From positions 1,376,001 through 1,440,000 of the forward strand of contig CAXXGO010000006.1 of NCBI GenBank assembly GCA_963666835.2: a stretch of DNA of 64,000 nucleotides. The letters run 5' to 3'. The notes under the pieces were generated by a model that worked only from the letters and a program-made list of their open reading frames with translations, did no database searches and had not been told where the DNA came from. This document shows, piece after piece, positions 28,926-39,069 of the stretch (the first letter of the stretch is position 1; every line of letters starts with the position of its first letter). The DNA comes from Phycisphaerae bacterium (GTDB taxonomy: Bacteria; Planctomycetota; Phycisphaerae; UBA1845). Both the position numbers and the translations under genes were made by a program.

Positions 28926-29971
28926 TTCGTAGGTACACAGTCCGGCAGTTGGCAAAGAGAGTTGGAGGCTCGGTCCGCGGGGACGACGGCGGGGTTATTG
29001 ATGGGGTGGCTTCGCTCGGCGATGCCGGCTCGAATGAGGCATCCTGGGTATCCAACCCAAAGTATGCCGCGAAGGCGGCGGACAGCCGGGCCGGGGTGGT
29101 GCTGGTGCCGGGTGGTTTCGGTCCGACGCCCATGCCGGCCATTCTCTGTGACCGCGTCGATCGGGCGGTTGGCCGGCTCTTGGAGTTGTTCGCGCCTGCG
29201 CCGGCTCGCCCGGAGCCGGGCGTTCACCCGGCCGCGATCGTATCGGAGTCGGCAAACGTTGGTACCGATACCGCGCTGGGCCCGTTCGTTGTGATTGAGG
29301 GTGAAGCCCGGGTCGGAGCCCGTTGCATCGTCCACGCGGGAGTTTTTATCGGTCGCGGCGCGGTGGTGGGGGACGATTGCGAACTCTGGCCGAATGTCGT
29401 TATCCGCGACGGATGTCGATTAGGAAGTCGGGTGACCATTCACCCCAACGCGGTCGTAGGCGCCGACGGGTTTGGTTTCTACTTCGATGAGGGGCGGCAT
29501 CATAAGGTCCCGCACATCGGCGGCGTGATAGTCGAGGACGACGTGGAGATCGGGGCCTGCACGTGTATCGATCGGGCCAAGTTCGGCGATACCGTGGTGG
29601 GCCGCGGTACCAAGATTGATAACCTTTGCCAGCTTGCCCATAATGTCACGGTTGGCGAGCACTGTGTGCTCGCGGCGTTTTGCGGGATCTCGGGTAGTGT
29701 TCGGATTGGGCGTTACTCGGTGTTTGGCGGACGTGCCGGCGCGGTGGACAATGTGGTAATCGGCGAGCGGACCAGATGCGCAGGCGGATACACGGTTGTG
29801 CAGAAGGATACGCCGGACGGGGTTACGTTGTCGGGTTGCCCGGCTCAAGATCACAGGCTGGAGCTGCGAGAGCGCGCCGCCTTGCGGCGATTGCCGGCCC
29901 TTACCGAGCAACTGAAGAGTCTGGCCACTCGGGTAGAGCGGCTTGAAGCATCAGAAGACCATAGCGACTGA
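28922..29971 (+). CDS. lpxD: UDP-3-O-acylglucosamine N-acyltransferase
   Basis: GADGFGF, DVEIGACTCIDR, KIDNLCQLAHNV, hexapeptide repeats. Confidence 0.96.
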   Translation: MIRRYTVRQLAKRVGGSVRGDDGGVIDGVASLGDAGSNEASWVSNPKYAAKAADSRAGVVLVPGGFGPTPMPAILCDRVDRAVGRLLELFAPAPARPEPGVHPAAIVSESANVGTDTALGPFVVIEGEARVGARCIVHAGVFIGRGAVVGDDCELWPNVVIRDGCRLGSRVTIHPNAVVGADGFGFYFDEGRHHKVPHIGGVIVEDDVEIGACTCIDRAKFGDTVVGRGTKIDNLCQLAHNVTVGEHCVLAAFCGISGSVRIGRYSVFGGRAGAVDNVVIGERTRCAGGYTVVQKDTPDGVTLSGCPAQDHRLELRERAALRRLPALTEQLKSLATRVERLEASEDHSD

Positions 29972-31262
29972 GGTGGAGCTAGAGGGACGCGGCCTGTTCA
30001 CCGGCGAGTCCGTGGCAGTGCGTCTGCGCCCCGGTGATCCGCACACGGGGATCTGGTTCGTTCGCACTGATCAGTCGCCGCCGATTCGCATTGCCGCGCG
30101 CTTGGAGAACGTGTCGAAGAGGTCCCGGCGAACGGCCTTGCGCAACGGTACGGTGGCTATAGAGACTGTCGAGCATTGTCTCGGGGCTTGTGCCGGGCTG
30201 GGCATCGACAATCTGCAGATAGAGCTTGACGCGAACGAGGTACCCGGTCTGGATGGCAGTTGCCTGCCTTTCGTGGAGAAGCTCACGGCCGCCCAGATCT
30301 GTGAGCAGGAAGCGGTCAGTGAGCCGTACGTGGTCACTGATATGGTGCGGGTGGCGGATGGGGACTCGGAACTCGTGGCCTTGCCTTCGCTTACCCCGGA
30401 ATCGGAGGTTATGGAGATCAGCTACGAGCTCGACTACGGTCCCGGCAATCCGATCGGGCATCAGAGTCTGCGCGTGGTGGTTACGCCGGAGAACTTCGTG
30501 GCCGAGGTGGCTCCGGCGCGGACCTTCTTGCTCGAGCGTGAAGCGGAGGAAATGCGGGCGGCCGGGTTCGGTCGGCACGTTACTTATCGCGATCTTCTGG
30601 TTTTCGGTAAGGACGGCGTTATCGAGAACCAATTGCGGTTTCCGGATGAGTGTGTCCGGCATAAGGTCCTGGACTTGATCGGGGATCTGAAGCTGTTGGG
30701 GCGTCCCATCGTGGGGCGGATCTTCGCCCGCAAGAGCGGGCACGCTCTCAATCAGGCATTGGTTCGGGAGATGCTCGGGCGATTCGAGGCCCATCGGCGC
30801 GAGACGATGCTCGGGCAACGTCCGAGCACGGACGTACATCGGGTCCAGCGGATACTGCCTCATCGTTACCCGTTCCTGATGGTTGATCGGATCGTCGAGA
30901 TTGAGGGTACCAGGCGGGTTGTCGGTTTGAAGAACGTGACGATTAACGAGCCGTTCTTCCAAGGACACTACCCGGGCGATCCGATTATGCCGGGCGTTCT
31001 GGTTATTGAGGCGTTGGCCCAGGTCGGCGGGGTGTTGCTCAGCCAGGAGCTGGAGCACAAGGGCAAGGTGGCCGTACTGTTAAGTCTTGACAAAGTTAAA
31101 TTCCGCAGGGCGGTCAGGCCTGGTGATCAACTTATACTCGAGGCAGAGGCTCTTCGAGTGCGGTCGACGACCGGGCACGTGAAGGGTCGGGCGCACGTAG
31201 CGGGCGAGCTGGTTGCCGAAGCCGAGATCAAGTTCATTCTGACGGACGCGGAATCCGTCTGA
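29943..31262 (+). CDS. lpxC-fabZ: Bifunctional LpxC deacetylase / FabZ dehydratase
   Basis: TVEH, P.LDGS, APARTF, HKVLDLIGD, GH (LpxC) followed by LPHRYPFLMVD, FFQGHYPGDPIMPGVL.IEA (FabZ). Confidence 0.96.
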   Translation: MKHQKTIATEVELEGRGLFTGESVAVRLRPGDPHTGIWFVRTDQSPPIRIAARLENVSKRSRRTALRNGTVAIETVEHCLGACAGLGIDNLQIELDANEVPGLDGSCLPFVEKLTAAQICEQEAVSEPYVVTDMVRVADGDSELVALPSLTPESEVMEISYELDYGPGNPIGHQSLRVVVTPENFVAEVAPARTFLLEREAEEMRAAGFGRHVTYRDLLVFGKDGVIENQLRFPDECVRHKVLDLIGDLKLLGRPIVGRIFARKSGHALNQALVREMLGRFEAHRRETMLGQRPSTDVHRVQRILPHRYPFLMVDRIVEIEGTRRVVGLKNVTINEPFFQGHYPGDPIMPGVLVIEALAQVGGVLLSQELEHKGKVAVLLSLDKVKFRRAVRPGDQLILEAEALRVRSTTGHVKGRAHVAGELVAEAEIKFILTDAESV

Positions 31263-31286
31263 CTGAGTGTGGAGTAACGATAGCCG

Positions 31287-32366
31287 GTGAGTATTCATCC
31301 GACAGCCATTGTAGACGAGAAGGCCCGAATCGGTCGTGATGTCGAGATCGGGGCTTGCAGTTTCGTAGGGCCGCACGTGGTCCTCGGGGACGGCTGCCGG
31401 TTGCACCATCATGCCGCGGTTGAGGGGCATACGTGTTTGGGGGAAGGATGCGAGGTCTTCCCGCAGGCGGTGTTGGGTACGCCGCCGCAGGATGTGAAGT
31501 ATGCCGGCGAGCGGACCACGCTGGAGATCGGCCGGCGCAACGTCTTTCGCGAGATGGTGACGGTACATCCGGGAACCGGCAACGGCGGCGGGGTAACGCG
31601 GATCGGTGACAACAACTTGTTCCTGGTCGGCGTGCATGTGGCTCACGATTGTCTTATCGCCGACAACTGCATCTTTGCCAACTACGTGCAGTTTGCCGGG
31701 CACGTTCACGTTGAGGCGAACGTCAATATGGGCGGGCACAGTGCGGTGCATCACTTCGCCACGATCGGCAAGCACGCATTCATCGGCGGTATGACCCGGG
31801 TCACGGCCGATGTGCCGCCGTTTATGATTGTGGTGGCCGCCCGTGGCACCCGTTCGGAAATCCGCATGATCAATGGCGTGGGCTTGCAGCGTAGCGGGTA
31901 CAGCAACGAGGACATCAACGCGCTCAAGGCGGCGTTCATGAGTCTGTTCTCGCGCCGCGCTCGAACCAACGGCACGGCCATTCGTGACCGGGTCGAGGCG
32001 ATTCTGAACTGCAAGCCGGTCAATCCGCACGTAAAGTATCTGGGAGACTTCCTGATGCGCTCATTCGCCCACGGGCGGCACGGGCGCTATCTCGAGTCTC
32101 TGCGGGCCGATCCCGTACATCGGGCGTCGTGGAAACCCGAGCAGAAGCACACCCTGACGGTCCGCGTCGAAGGGCGCGGCTCCGTAGAGCGGCAGGCCGG
32201 TCCCGCCGGCGACGAAGCGGGCGAGAAGTATGAACTTACGGCCAAGGCGCTGCCGGGCTGGTCGTTCGCCGGTTGGAACGGCGGGCTTGTAGGGTCTCAG
32301 AACCCGGCCAGTATCGTGCTTACGTGCGACAAGACGGTGACAGCTACCTTTACGGAAGAACTCTAG
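31287..32366 (+). CDS. lpxA: Acyl-ACP-UDP-GlcNAc O-acyltransferase with extra C-terminal InlB-B-repeat-like domain
   Basis: IHPTAIV, PQDVKY, RE.VTVH.GT, HVAHDC, AGHV, DVPPF; additional ~72 aa after the usual end. Confidence 0.93.
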   Translation: MSIHPTAIVDEKARIGRDVEIGACSFVGPHVVLGDGCRLHHHAAVEGHTCLGEGCEVFPQAVLGTPPQDVKYAGERTTLEIGRRNVFREMVTVHPGTGNGGGVTRIGDNNLFLVGVHVAHDCLIADNCIFANYVQFAGHVHVEANVNMGGHSAVHHFATIGKHAFIGGMTRVTADVPPFMIVVAARGTRSEIRMINGVGLQRSGYSNEDINALKAAFMSLFSRRARTNGTAIRDRVEAILNCKPVNPHVKYLGDFLMRSFAHGRHGRYLESLRADPVHRASWKPEQKHTLTVRVEGRGSVERQAGPAGDEAGEKYELTAKALPGWSFAGWNGGLVGSQNPASIVLTCDKTVTATFTEEL

Positions 32367-32387
32367 GAGCCAGGAAAGAGGTCCATC

Positions 32388-33425
32388 ATGCAGCAGCCTT
32401 TGCGAGTTGCCGTAGTCGGCGTCGGCCACATGGGGCGGCATCATGCCCGGGTATATAGCGAGCTGGAAGGATGCGAGCTGGTGGCTGTGGTCGATAAGAA
32501 CCTCGACCGGGCACGCGAGATTGCGGGCAAGCACGGCGGAGAGGCCGTGGCGCGGGTGGCGGACGTAAAGGGCGATCTTGATGCCGTTACCGTGGCAGTT
32601 CCCACGGTCTATCACGCCGAGGTGGCGATCCCGCTGCTGGAACGTGGCGTAGCGGTGCTGGTGGAGAAGCCCCTCGCCCCGGACCGCACCAGTGCCAAGC
32701 AGTTGCTCGACGCCACCCGCAAGCACAATACTCTTTTGCAGGTCGGTCATTCGGAGCGGTTCAACCCGGTCGTCCAGGCGATGCTGCGAATGGAACTGAC
32801 GCCCCGGTTTATCGAGACGCACCGGATCAGCCCGTTCACTTTTCGAAGCGCCGATGTGGGCGTGGTCTTCGATATGATGATCCACGACATCGACATCGTG
32901 CTGCATCTGGTCAAGCAGCGTAAGTACAGTATCGATGCCGTAGGCGTGGCAGTCTTGGGAAGCTGTGAGGACGTCGCTAACGCCCGGGTGCGGTTCGGCG
33001 ATCAGGCGGTGGTGAACATGACCGCCTCGCGTTTGGCCCTCAAGACCGAACGCAAGATCCGGGTGTTCGCTTCGATGGGCTACCTTTCGATGGACTATCA
33101 GAAGAAGAGCGGGGTGGCGATTCGCCTGGCGGACAATCTCGACCTGGTCCGAATGGCTCGGGAGCGCGACTTTGAAGACCTATCTCAGATGGCGAACTTG
33201 GATTACGGGTCGATGGTCAACATCGAACCGCTCCAGGTGGACGACGTGGAACCGCTGCGCAAGGAGATCGAGTCGTTCCTCGAATCCGCACGAACCGGTG
33301 CGGACATCGGCGTGAGCGCTGAAGAGGGTTACGCCGCCGTGGAGATGGCCGAGCGCATCACCAACGCCGTCCACGAGCAAGACTGGGCCAGCAAACTCCA
33401 ATCCGTAGACACGCCGGACGTGTGA
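32388..33425 (+). CDS. Gfo/Idh/MocA oxidoreductase, GnnA-like (possible UDP-GlcNAc 3-dehydrogenase)
   Basis: GVGHMG..H, VLVEKPL, VGHSERFNP, DMMIHDID; directly after lpxA. Confidence 0.85.
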   Translation: MQQPLRVAVVGVGHMGRHHARVYSELEGCELVAVVDKNLDRAREIAGKHGGEAVARVADVKGDLDAVTVAVPTVYHAEVAIPLLERGVAVLVEKPLAPDRTSAKQLLDATRKHNTLLQVGHSERFNPVVQAMLRMELTPRFIETHRISPFTFRSADVGVVFDMMIHDIDIVLHLVKQRKYSIDAVGVAVLGSCEDVANARVRFGDQAVVNMTASRLALKTERKIRVFASMGYLSMDYQKKSGVAIRLADNLDLVRMARERDFEDLSQMANLDYGSMVNIEPLQVDDVEPLRKEIESFLESARTGADIGVSAEEGYAAVEMAERITNAVHEQDWASKLQSVDTPDV

Positions 33426-33579
33426 AACGGGGCTACCGCCCTTTCGCCCTATTGCGCATGACCCCTGCGCTGACCACTCCTGCCAAGTCAGGATGGGACT
33501 CGATAACCTCATTCGTTCCCGGCGCACCAGAATGTGCGCCGGGTCGTTGGGGTTCGTAAGTCACCTTCGCTGCAGCCGA

Positions 33580-36432
33580 TCAGTCCGCCGCCATCCGGCG
33601 GGTCCCGAAGTAGACCTTTCCGGCCGAGAGCATGAGCAGTGCCAGCACGAGCAGGCCCCATTCCGACATCGTCGGGATAGCGGCGCCGCAGTTCGGTCCG
33701 TAGACCGTGTCGTCGACTCCCGGGCACATATCGCAAGGGTCGGCCACGCCGTCGCCGTCACTGTCCGTCGAGCAATCTTCGCCGATATGGAAGTTCTCGG
33801 CGGCGTCGGGGCAGACGGCCTGCAGGGTCAGATCGCACGTGCCTATCCCGTAGAGGTTGCAGCAGGCGTGACACAAACCGTTGTCCGGGTGAGTGACCGC
33901 TCCGGTCAGCTCGTTACAGATGTCTTCCGTACAGGGATCACCGTCGTCGATAACCGTGAGCGTGCCGTCCGTCGGATTACAGCAGTAACCCGCGGGGATC
34001 GGCTCGATTATCTCGATCACCTGTTCGCAGGTTGCCGGGATTCCGCACTCGTCCGTGGCCGTCCACACCCGGGTGGTGTTCGTAGTCGTGGGACAGTATT
34101 GCACGTGTACCGGGGCCTGGTCGGCGTAATCGATATCAGGCACCGTCCCGCAGTCGTCGTCGGCCGTTGCCTCACCGGTGGCACTCGGATCCGATGGATC
34201 CGGCAGAGTGACCGAAGCGTCGGCGGGGCACGTGATGTCCGGTGCGGTCGTGTCCTCGATGGTGAACGTGGCGGCCGTCGAGGCGTCGTTCATGCAGTCG
34301 TCGGTCGCGGTGAACGTGACCAAGGCCGCACCGGTCGCCGCGCAGCCCGCCGTCAGGCCGGCGTAGTCATCACTCCACGATACGCCGCCGCAGGCGTCAC
34401 TCGCCGCCGCTCCGCCGTAGGCCGTCAGCCAACCGGAAAGGTCAGCGGCGTTGCCGGCGCCGTCACACTCGACGGTAAGGTTGCCGGCGGCGGTATCGAT
34501 CGACGGGGAGGTAGTGTCGGCCACAGTTACCGTTGCCGAATGGGTCTCCTGGAGGCCGCAGTCGTCCGTTGCGGTCCACGTTACATAGGCCGACCCGGTC
34601 GCGCCGCAATCGTCACTTAAGGCGACGAAGTCGTTTGTAACGATCACTCCGGCGCATTGGTCGGTCGCGGCGGCACTGTTGAGCCAAGCCTGAACCTCGG
34701 CCGTGTTGCCGGATCCGTCGCACTCGAAGGTCACATTCGTCGGTGCGGTCGTAAACACCGGGGGAGTCGTATCGACTATCTGCACCGTCGCGGAGTGGAT
34801 GGTCTGCAGGCCGCAGTCATCTTCGGCCGTCCAAGTTACCAAGCTACCGCCGGTGTTGCCGCAACCGGGAGAGATCGCGACGAAGTCGTTTGTTATCATC
34901 ACTCCGCCACAGACATCGCTTGCGGCTGCGCTGTTCAGCCAAGCCTGGATGGCCGCGGTATGGTCGGTGCTGCCGCATTCGATAGTCAGATTCGTTGGGG
35001 CGAACGTGAAAGAAGGAGCCGTCGTATCGACCACTGTTACGGTGGCGGAATGAGTGTTCTGCACGCCGCAATCGTCGGTGGCCGTCCACGTTACGTAGGC
35101 CGAGCCGGTTGCCCCGCAGTCATCGCTCAGACCAACGAAGTCGTTAACCACGGTTACGCCGCCGCACGTGTCGCTGGCCGCGGCACTGTCGAGCCAAGCC
35201 TGAATCTGGGCGGTGTTGCCGGCCCCGTCGCACTCGAACCACACGTCGCCCGGTGTGGAAGTGAATACCGGCGGAGTAGTGTCAACGACTGTCACTGTTG
35301 CCGAGTGGAAGGCCTGGGTTCCGCAATCGTCGGTGGCGGTCCAGGTGACCATGGCCGAGCCGGTGGCCCCGCAGTCGTCGGACAAGCCGGTATAGTCGTT
35401 CGTGACGACTGCCCCACCGCAGGTATCGGTGGCCGCGGCACTGTCGAGCCAGGCCTGAATCTCGGCCGTGTTGCCGGCCCCGTCGCACTCGAAGGACACA
35501 TTCGCCGGGGCGGTGGTGAACACCGGGGGCGCGGTGTCAGTAACCGTCACCGTTGCGCCGCAGGACACGGGCGGCGATATGCCGTCGTCAACCGTGAGGG
35601 TGACGTTGCACGTGAGGGGGCAGGGCGTAATCGAGTCGACGGTCAGCGTCGGGTTGACGATGGTGTCGCTGTCAAAACTGCCGCCCGGGCAGTCCGTTTC
35701 CCACAGGTAAGTCAGGTGACCGCAGTCATCGCCGGACCCACTGCCGTTGAGCGGGATGTCAGTGGTTGCACCCTGACACTCTGCGCTGTACGGACCGCCG
35801 GCATCACAGGTGGGCGGGGTGTCCGATCGGTAGAACACCTCGAGATGGACATCGGATATGCAGGAGACCCCGTCGATCACGATGGCCAGTTGATTGACCC
35901 CACCGTAGTTGTAGCCGGTCATCCCGCAGGGCGAATCCGGTCCGACGATGGTGAACGGATCGCAGAACCCGCAGGGACAGGTGCCGGTCTGGAAGGCGTG
36001 CCCCAAGGCAATCCCGTTGATGTTCACGGTGGTCTCCCCGGTTCCGCCATATACGGTGGAACAGCCGACGCCGTTGACCGTGGCCTCGATGCGGGTGGCG
36101 TAGTGACCTGCCGGAATCGGGTCGACGAACCCGACCGAGGTCGGCCAGCCCCAGCCGGGATATGCAGGCAAATACGGCGAGCAGGCGTAGTCGCCCATCT
36201 CGTCGCAGACCCAGCAGTCCGGGTAGCCGGTGTGATACCCGTCGACCTCGATCACGACCGATCCGACGCCCGTTTCAATGCCTTCGTCCGGGTCGGAATC
36301 GATGTACGGGACGTTAGTACTGCCATCTCCCGTGCCTGCTGCGTTGTCACCCAGAGCCGGCGATGTGGAGCCTGCTACGCTCCAAAGCCCCAGCAACACC
36401 AAAGCCGCAATCTGCATCCGCGTTGTCTTCAT
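33580..36432 (-). CDS. Cell-surface protein with five ~85-aa HYR-like repeats and IPTL-CTERM sorting signal
   Basis: Signal peptide; GGAGGGAG RBS; repeats DTTPPVFT...ECDG.GN....AWL..AAA.D.CG...TWTATDDCG; C-terminus AIPTMSEWGLLVLALLML...RR. Confidence 0.85.
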   Translation of the reverse strand: MKTTRMQIAALVLLGLWSVAGSTSPALGDNAAGTGDGSTNVPYIDSDPDEGIETGVGSVVIEVDGYHTGYPDCWVCDEMGDYACSPYLPAYPGWGWPTSVGFVDPIPAGHYATRIEATVNGVGCSTVYGGTGETTVNINGIALGHAFQTGTCPCGFCDPFTIVGPDSPCGMTGYNYGGVNQLAIVIDGVSCISDVHLEVFYRSDTPPTCDAGGPYSAECQGATTDIPLNGSGSGDDCGHLTYLWETDCPGGSFDSDTIVNPTLTVDSITPCPLTCNVTLTVDDGISPPVSCGATVTVTDTAPPVFTTAPANVSFECDGAGNTAEIQAWLDSAAATDTCGGAVVTNDYTGLSDDCGATGSAMVTWTATDDCGTQAFHSATVTVVDTTPPVFTSTPGDVWFECDGAGNTAQIQAWLDSAAASDTCGGVTVVNDFVGLSDDCGATGSAYVTWTATDDCGVQNTHSATVTVVDTTAPSFTFAPTNLTIECGSTDHTAAIQAWLNSAAASDVCGGVMITNDFVAISPGCGNTGGSLVTWTAEDDCGLQTIHSATVQIVDTTPPVFTTAPTNVTFECDGSGNTAEVQAWLNSAAATDQCAGVIVTNDFVALSDDCGATGSAYVTWTATDDCGLQETHSATVTVADTTSPSIDTAAGNLTVECDGAGNAADLSGWLTAYGGAAASDACGGVSWSDDYAGLTAGCAATGAALVTFTATDDCMNDASTAATFTIEDTTAPDITCPADASVTLPDPSDPSATGEATADDDCGTVPDIDYADQAPVHVQYCPTTTNTTRVWTATDECGIPATCEQVIEIIEPIPAGYCCNPTDGTLTVIDDGDPCTEDICNELTGAVTHPDNGLCHACCNLYGIGTCDLTLQAVCPDAAENFHIGEDCSTDSDGDGVADPCDMCPGVDDTVYGPNCGAAIPTMSEWGLLVLALLMLSAGKVYFGTRRMAAD

Positions 36433-36911
36433 CGGTAACGCTCCCTCCGACTACCCGTGCGGCCGCCATCGAAACGACATGTCTACCGCGCCCTGCGGCG
36501 GCGGCTGCACAAAGCCATCCTGTTTCGCAAAGTATGAACTGCTCTTGATGCCCCTTACGCCCGAACAGCCTCCGCCGAATCGGCGGACGAGCCCGCTCGA
36601 ACGAGGCTTCAGCCTTCTTGCTTCCCGATCCCGAATGCCGCCAGTGCGCATTAAAGAACTGTAGACCGCGGCGGCCCTGTTCTCCCGATAACTAGGGAGA
36701 GCAACCTCCCGAATATAAGGAATCAGCGGCTGTGATTCAAGTAAAAGCGCAGATCTATCGTAAGTGCTGCTAAGGAATGTACTTACCGGAACCGGGCGGG
36801 TCCGCAAGATTAGGTTGGAATCGGGGTCTCGGCCGCAATCCGGGCTACCGCGCGCACCTCCCACCGGTCGGGCACATGCTGGGGTTAAGGAGTAAGCGAG
36901 CCTTAGGGTGC

Positions 36912-37190
36912 CTACTCTTCCGCCGGGGGAGCGACGTTGTCCTCTGGCTTCCAGTTGCGCTTGGTCGGCTTGACGACCAGGCCCATGCGGATGGCCTTGG
37001 CCGATACCTTGATGCGGCAGACTTTGCCGTCGACGACGGCGCGCACCCGCTGGATATTGGCTTTGAACTTGCGCTTCGTGATGCCGGTGGTCTTACGGCC
37101 GACGCCGCCCAGATACTTCGCCTTACCGCGCCGAGCGATCGAATTCCCTGCTCGGGTCTTCTTTCCGGTGAAGAAACAAACACGCGACAT
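36912..37190 (-). CDS. rpmB: 50S ribosomal protein L28
   Basis: GAGG RBS; MSRVC..TGK....GN...RRG.AK..GGVG...TG.TKR.FK.N.Q. Confidence 0.95.
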   Translation of the reverse strand: MSRVCFFTGKKTRAGNSIARRGKAKYLGGVGRKTTGITKRKFKANIQRVRAVVDGKVCRIKVSAKAIRMGLVVKPTKRNWKPEDNVAPPAEE

Positions 37191-37423
37191 ACAACACCTC
37201 AAGCCAATCGGATAACCAGTTCCAGCGTCTGCCCGGATACGGGCAGGACCAAGCACTATATCCGATCAGCCCGGCGTGGCAATAGGGGTGATGCGGACAA
37301 TTCACATTTGTGGCAAGTTATAGGACCTTGAGCCCGCCGTTTGTTTCTGCGGCAACGGGGCGGGTTCCCGGGCAACGCCAACCGGATTGGCTCGGGATGC
37401 CGCGGATTCAACGCTCGCGGGGG

Positions 37424-38428
37424 TCAGCGTTTGTCGTTTGGTGTTCCAGAGTACCCATGGGGGTGCGCGCGATGCCAGTTCCACGCGGTCTCGATGGTCT
37501 TGCGGATATCCGCGTATTGAGGATGCCAGCCCAGCTCGGTTTTCACCTTGGTCGGGTCGGCGTATAGCTCGGGTGGGTCGCCCTCGCGGCGGGGGGCGGG
37601 GACGGCCGGGATATCGTGACCCGTAACATCCCGGGCTACGTCGAGCAGCTCCTTAACCGTAACGCCCATTCCGGTGCCGACGTTGTAGCAGCGGAAAACA
37701 CCTTCCTTTTGGCTATCGGCGGCCACGCGATGCACTGCGGCCAGGTCTTCGACGTGGACGTAGTCGCGCACGCATGTTCCGTCGGCTGTCGGATAGTCGA
37801 GTCCGAAGATCTTCACCTCTTCGCGCTGTCCCAGCGCTACCTGCAGCACGACCGGGATGAGGTGAAACTCGGGATTATGATCTTCGCCCAACATGCCGTC
37901 GGCCGCGGCGCCGGCGGCGTTGAAGTAGCGTAACGCGGTGGACCCGAGTCCCCACATCGCGGCGCTGTCCTGCAGCGCCCATTCGATGACGAGTTTCGTT
38001 CGTCCATAAGGATTGATGGGATCTTTCGGCATGTCTTCGGTGATCGGCACGGACGCGGGGATGCCGAAGGTCGCACACGTTGAGCTGAACACGAGTTTCT
38101 TGACGTCGTGGCTGCGCATTAGCTCCAAAAGAGAGATTGTGTTCACTATGTTGTTGCGATAGTACTTGAGGGGCTCACGTACCGATTCGTTAACGTCGAG
38201 CAGGGCGGCGAAGTGCATTACCGCATCGAAGGCGCCTTCGGTGAACGTGCGATCCAGCGTCTGAGTCTCGGCCAGGTCGGCGACTACCAGTTTGGCTCGC
38301 GGATCAACCGCCTCGCGGTGTCCGCCCACGAGGTTATCGTACACCGTTACGGCATGCCCGGCGTCGCACATTGCCCGTACGCAATGACTGCCAACGTACC
38401 CTGCCCCGCCCGTTACGAGTAGATTCAT
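37424..38428 (-). CDS. galE: UDP-glucose 4-epimerase
   Basis: TGGAGYVGSH, HFAA, P.KYYRNN, PYGRTK, LRYFNAAGA, DGTCVRDYVHV. Confidence 0.96.
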   Translation of the reverse strand: MNLLVTGGAGYVGSHCVRAMCDAGHAVTVYDNLVGGHREAVDPRAKLVVADLAETQTLDRTFTEGAFDAVMHFAALLDVNESVREPLKYYRNNIVNTISLLELMRSHDVKKLVFSSTCATFGIPASVPITEDMPKDPINPYGRTKLVIEWALQDSAAMWGLGSTALRYFNAAGAAADGMLGEDHNPEFHLIPVVLQVALGQREEVKIFGLDYPTADGTCVRDYVHVEDLAAVHRVAADSQKEGVFRCYNVGTGMGVTVKELLDVARDVTGHDIPAVPAPRREGDPPELYADPTKVKTELGWHPQYADIRKTIETAWNWHRAHPHGYSGTPNDKR

Positions 38429-38784
38429 AGCTGCTTCCGTGCGTAAGATCGACCTGGAATGCCGTCTCCGCCTTGTTATTCCCGGTGCCCCGAACGGTTT
38501 CTGATCCCGTCCGCAGCGCACCGGTTATTTATCGGTTCTGGGGTGCTATTCCGAAGAACTCCGGGCTTCGCCTGATCGGCGGAACCCGCCCCCGCGATCA
38601 CGCTACTACGATACCGCGAGGGGTGCTTTGTTGCGATACCCCGATGGTTGGTTCGTTAGCCAGGCCGCACGGGCCTTGCGGTGCCGACGGCTCGACCACG
38701 GCGGATTCTGCTACGAAGGGCCTGCGTGAGGGCTCTGGCCGGGGCCTTACCTTTCGGGGCCGGCGCCCGGTGTCGCCGGGGCGG

Positions 38785-39057
38785 TCACTCCGTGACGATA
38801 TCGGCCAGCCGGGCGATGCTGATTACCGCCGACCGCATTACGACCAGGCGGCGCCGGTTGACGGCTACGCCGTCGCGGTGGGCTTCGGCCAGGTAGACTT
38901 CTTTGTTGGCGTGCCCATCGCGACAGTCGTGAATATCGGCATCGACCAGCACGAAGACCGCCTCGGTGGCCTCCGCCAACGTTCCGATGTACAGGATCGG
39001 GGTGACGGTATCGAGTACGACGGCCTGGTTCAACATTTCGTCAAGCGGCTCGCTCAT
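38785..39057 (-). CDS. Small hypothetical protein, possibly Sm/LSm-like beta fold
   Basis: 90-aa ORF with typical codon use; V.LDT....YIGTL......VLVDAD...LVVMRSAVISI pattern. Confidence 0.6.
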   Translation of the reverse strand: MSEPLDEMLNQAVVLDTVTPILYIGTLAEATEAVFVLVDADIHDCRDGHANKEVYLAEAHRDGVAVNRRRLVVMRSAVISIARLADIVTE

Positions 39058-39069
39058 CGTTCTAAATAG

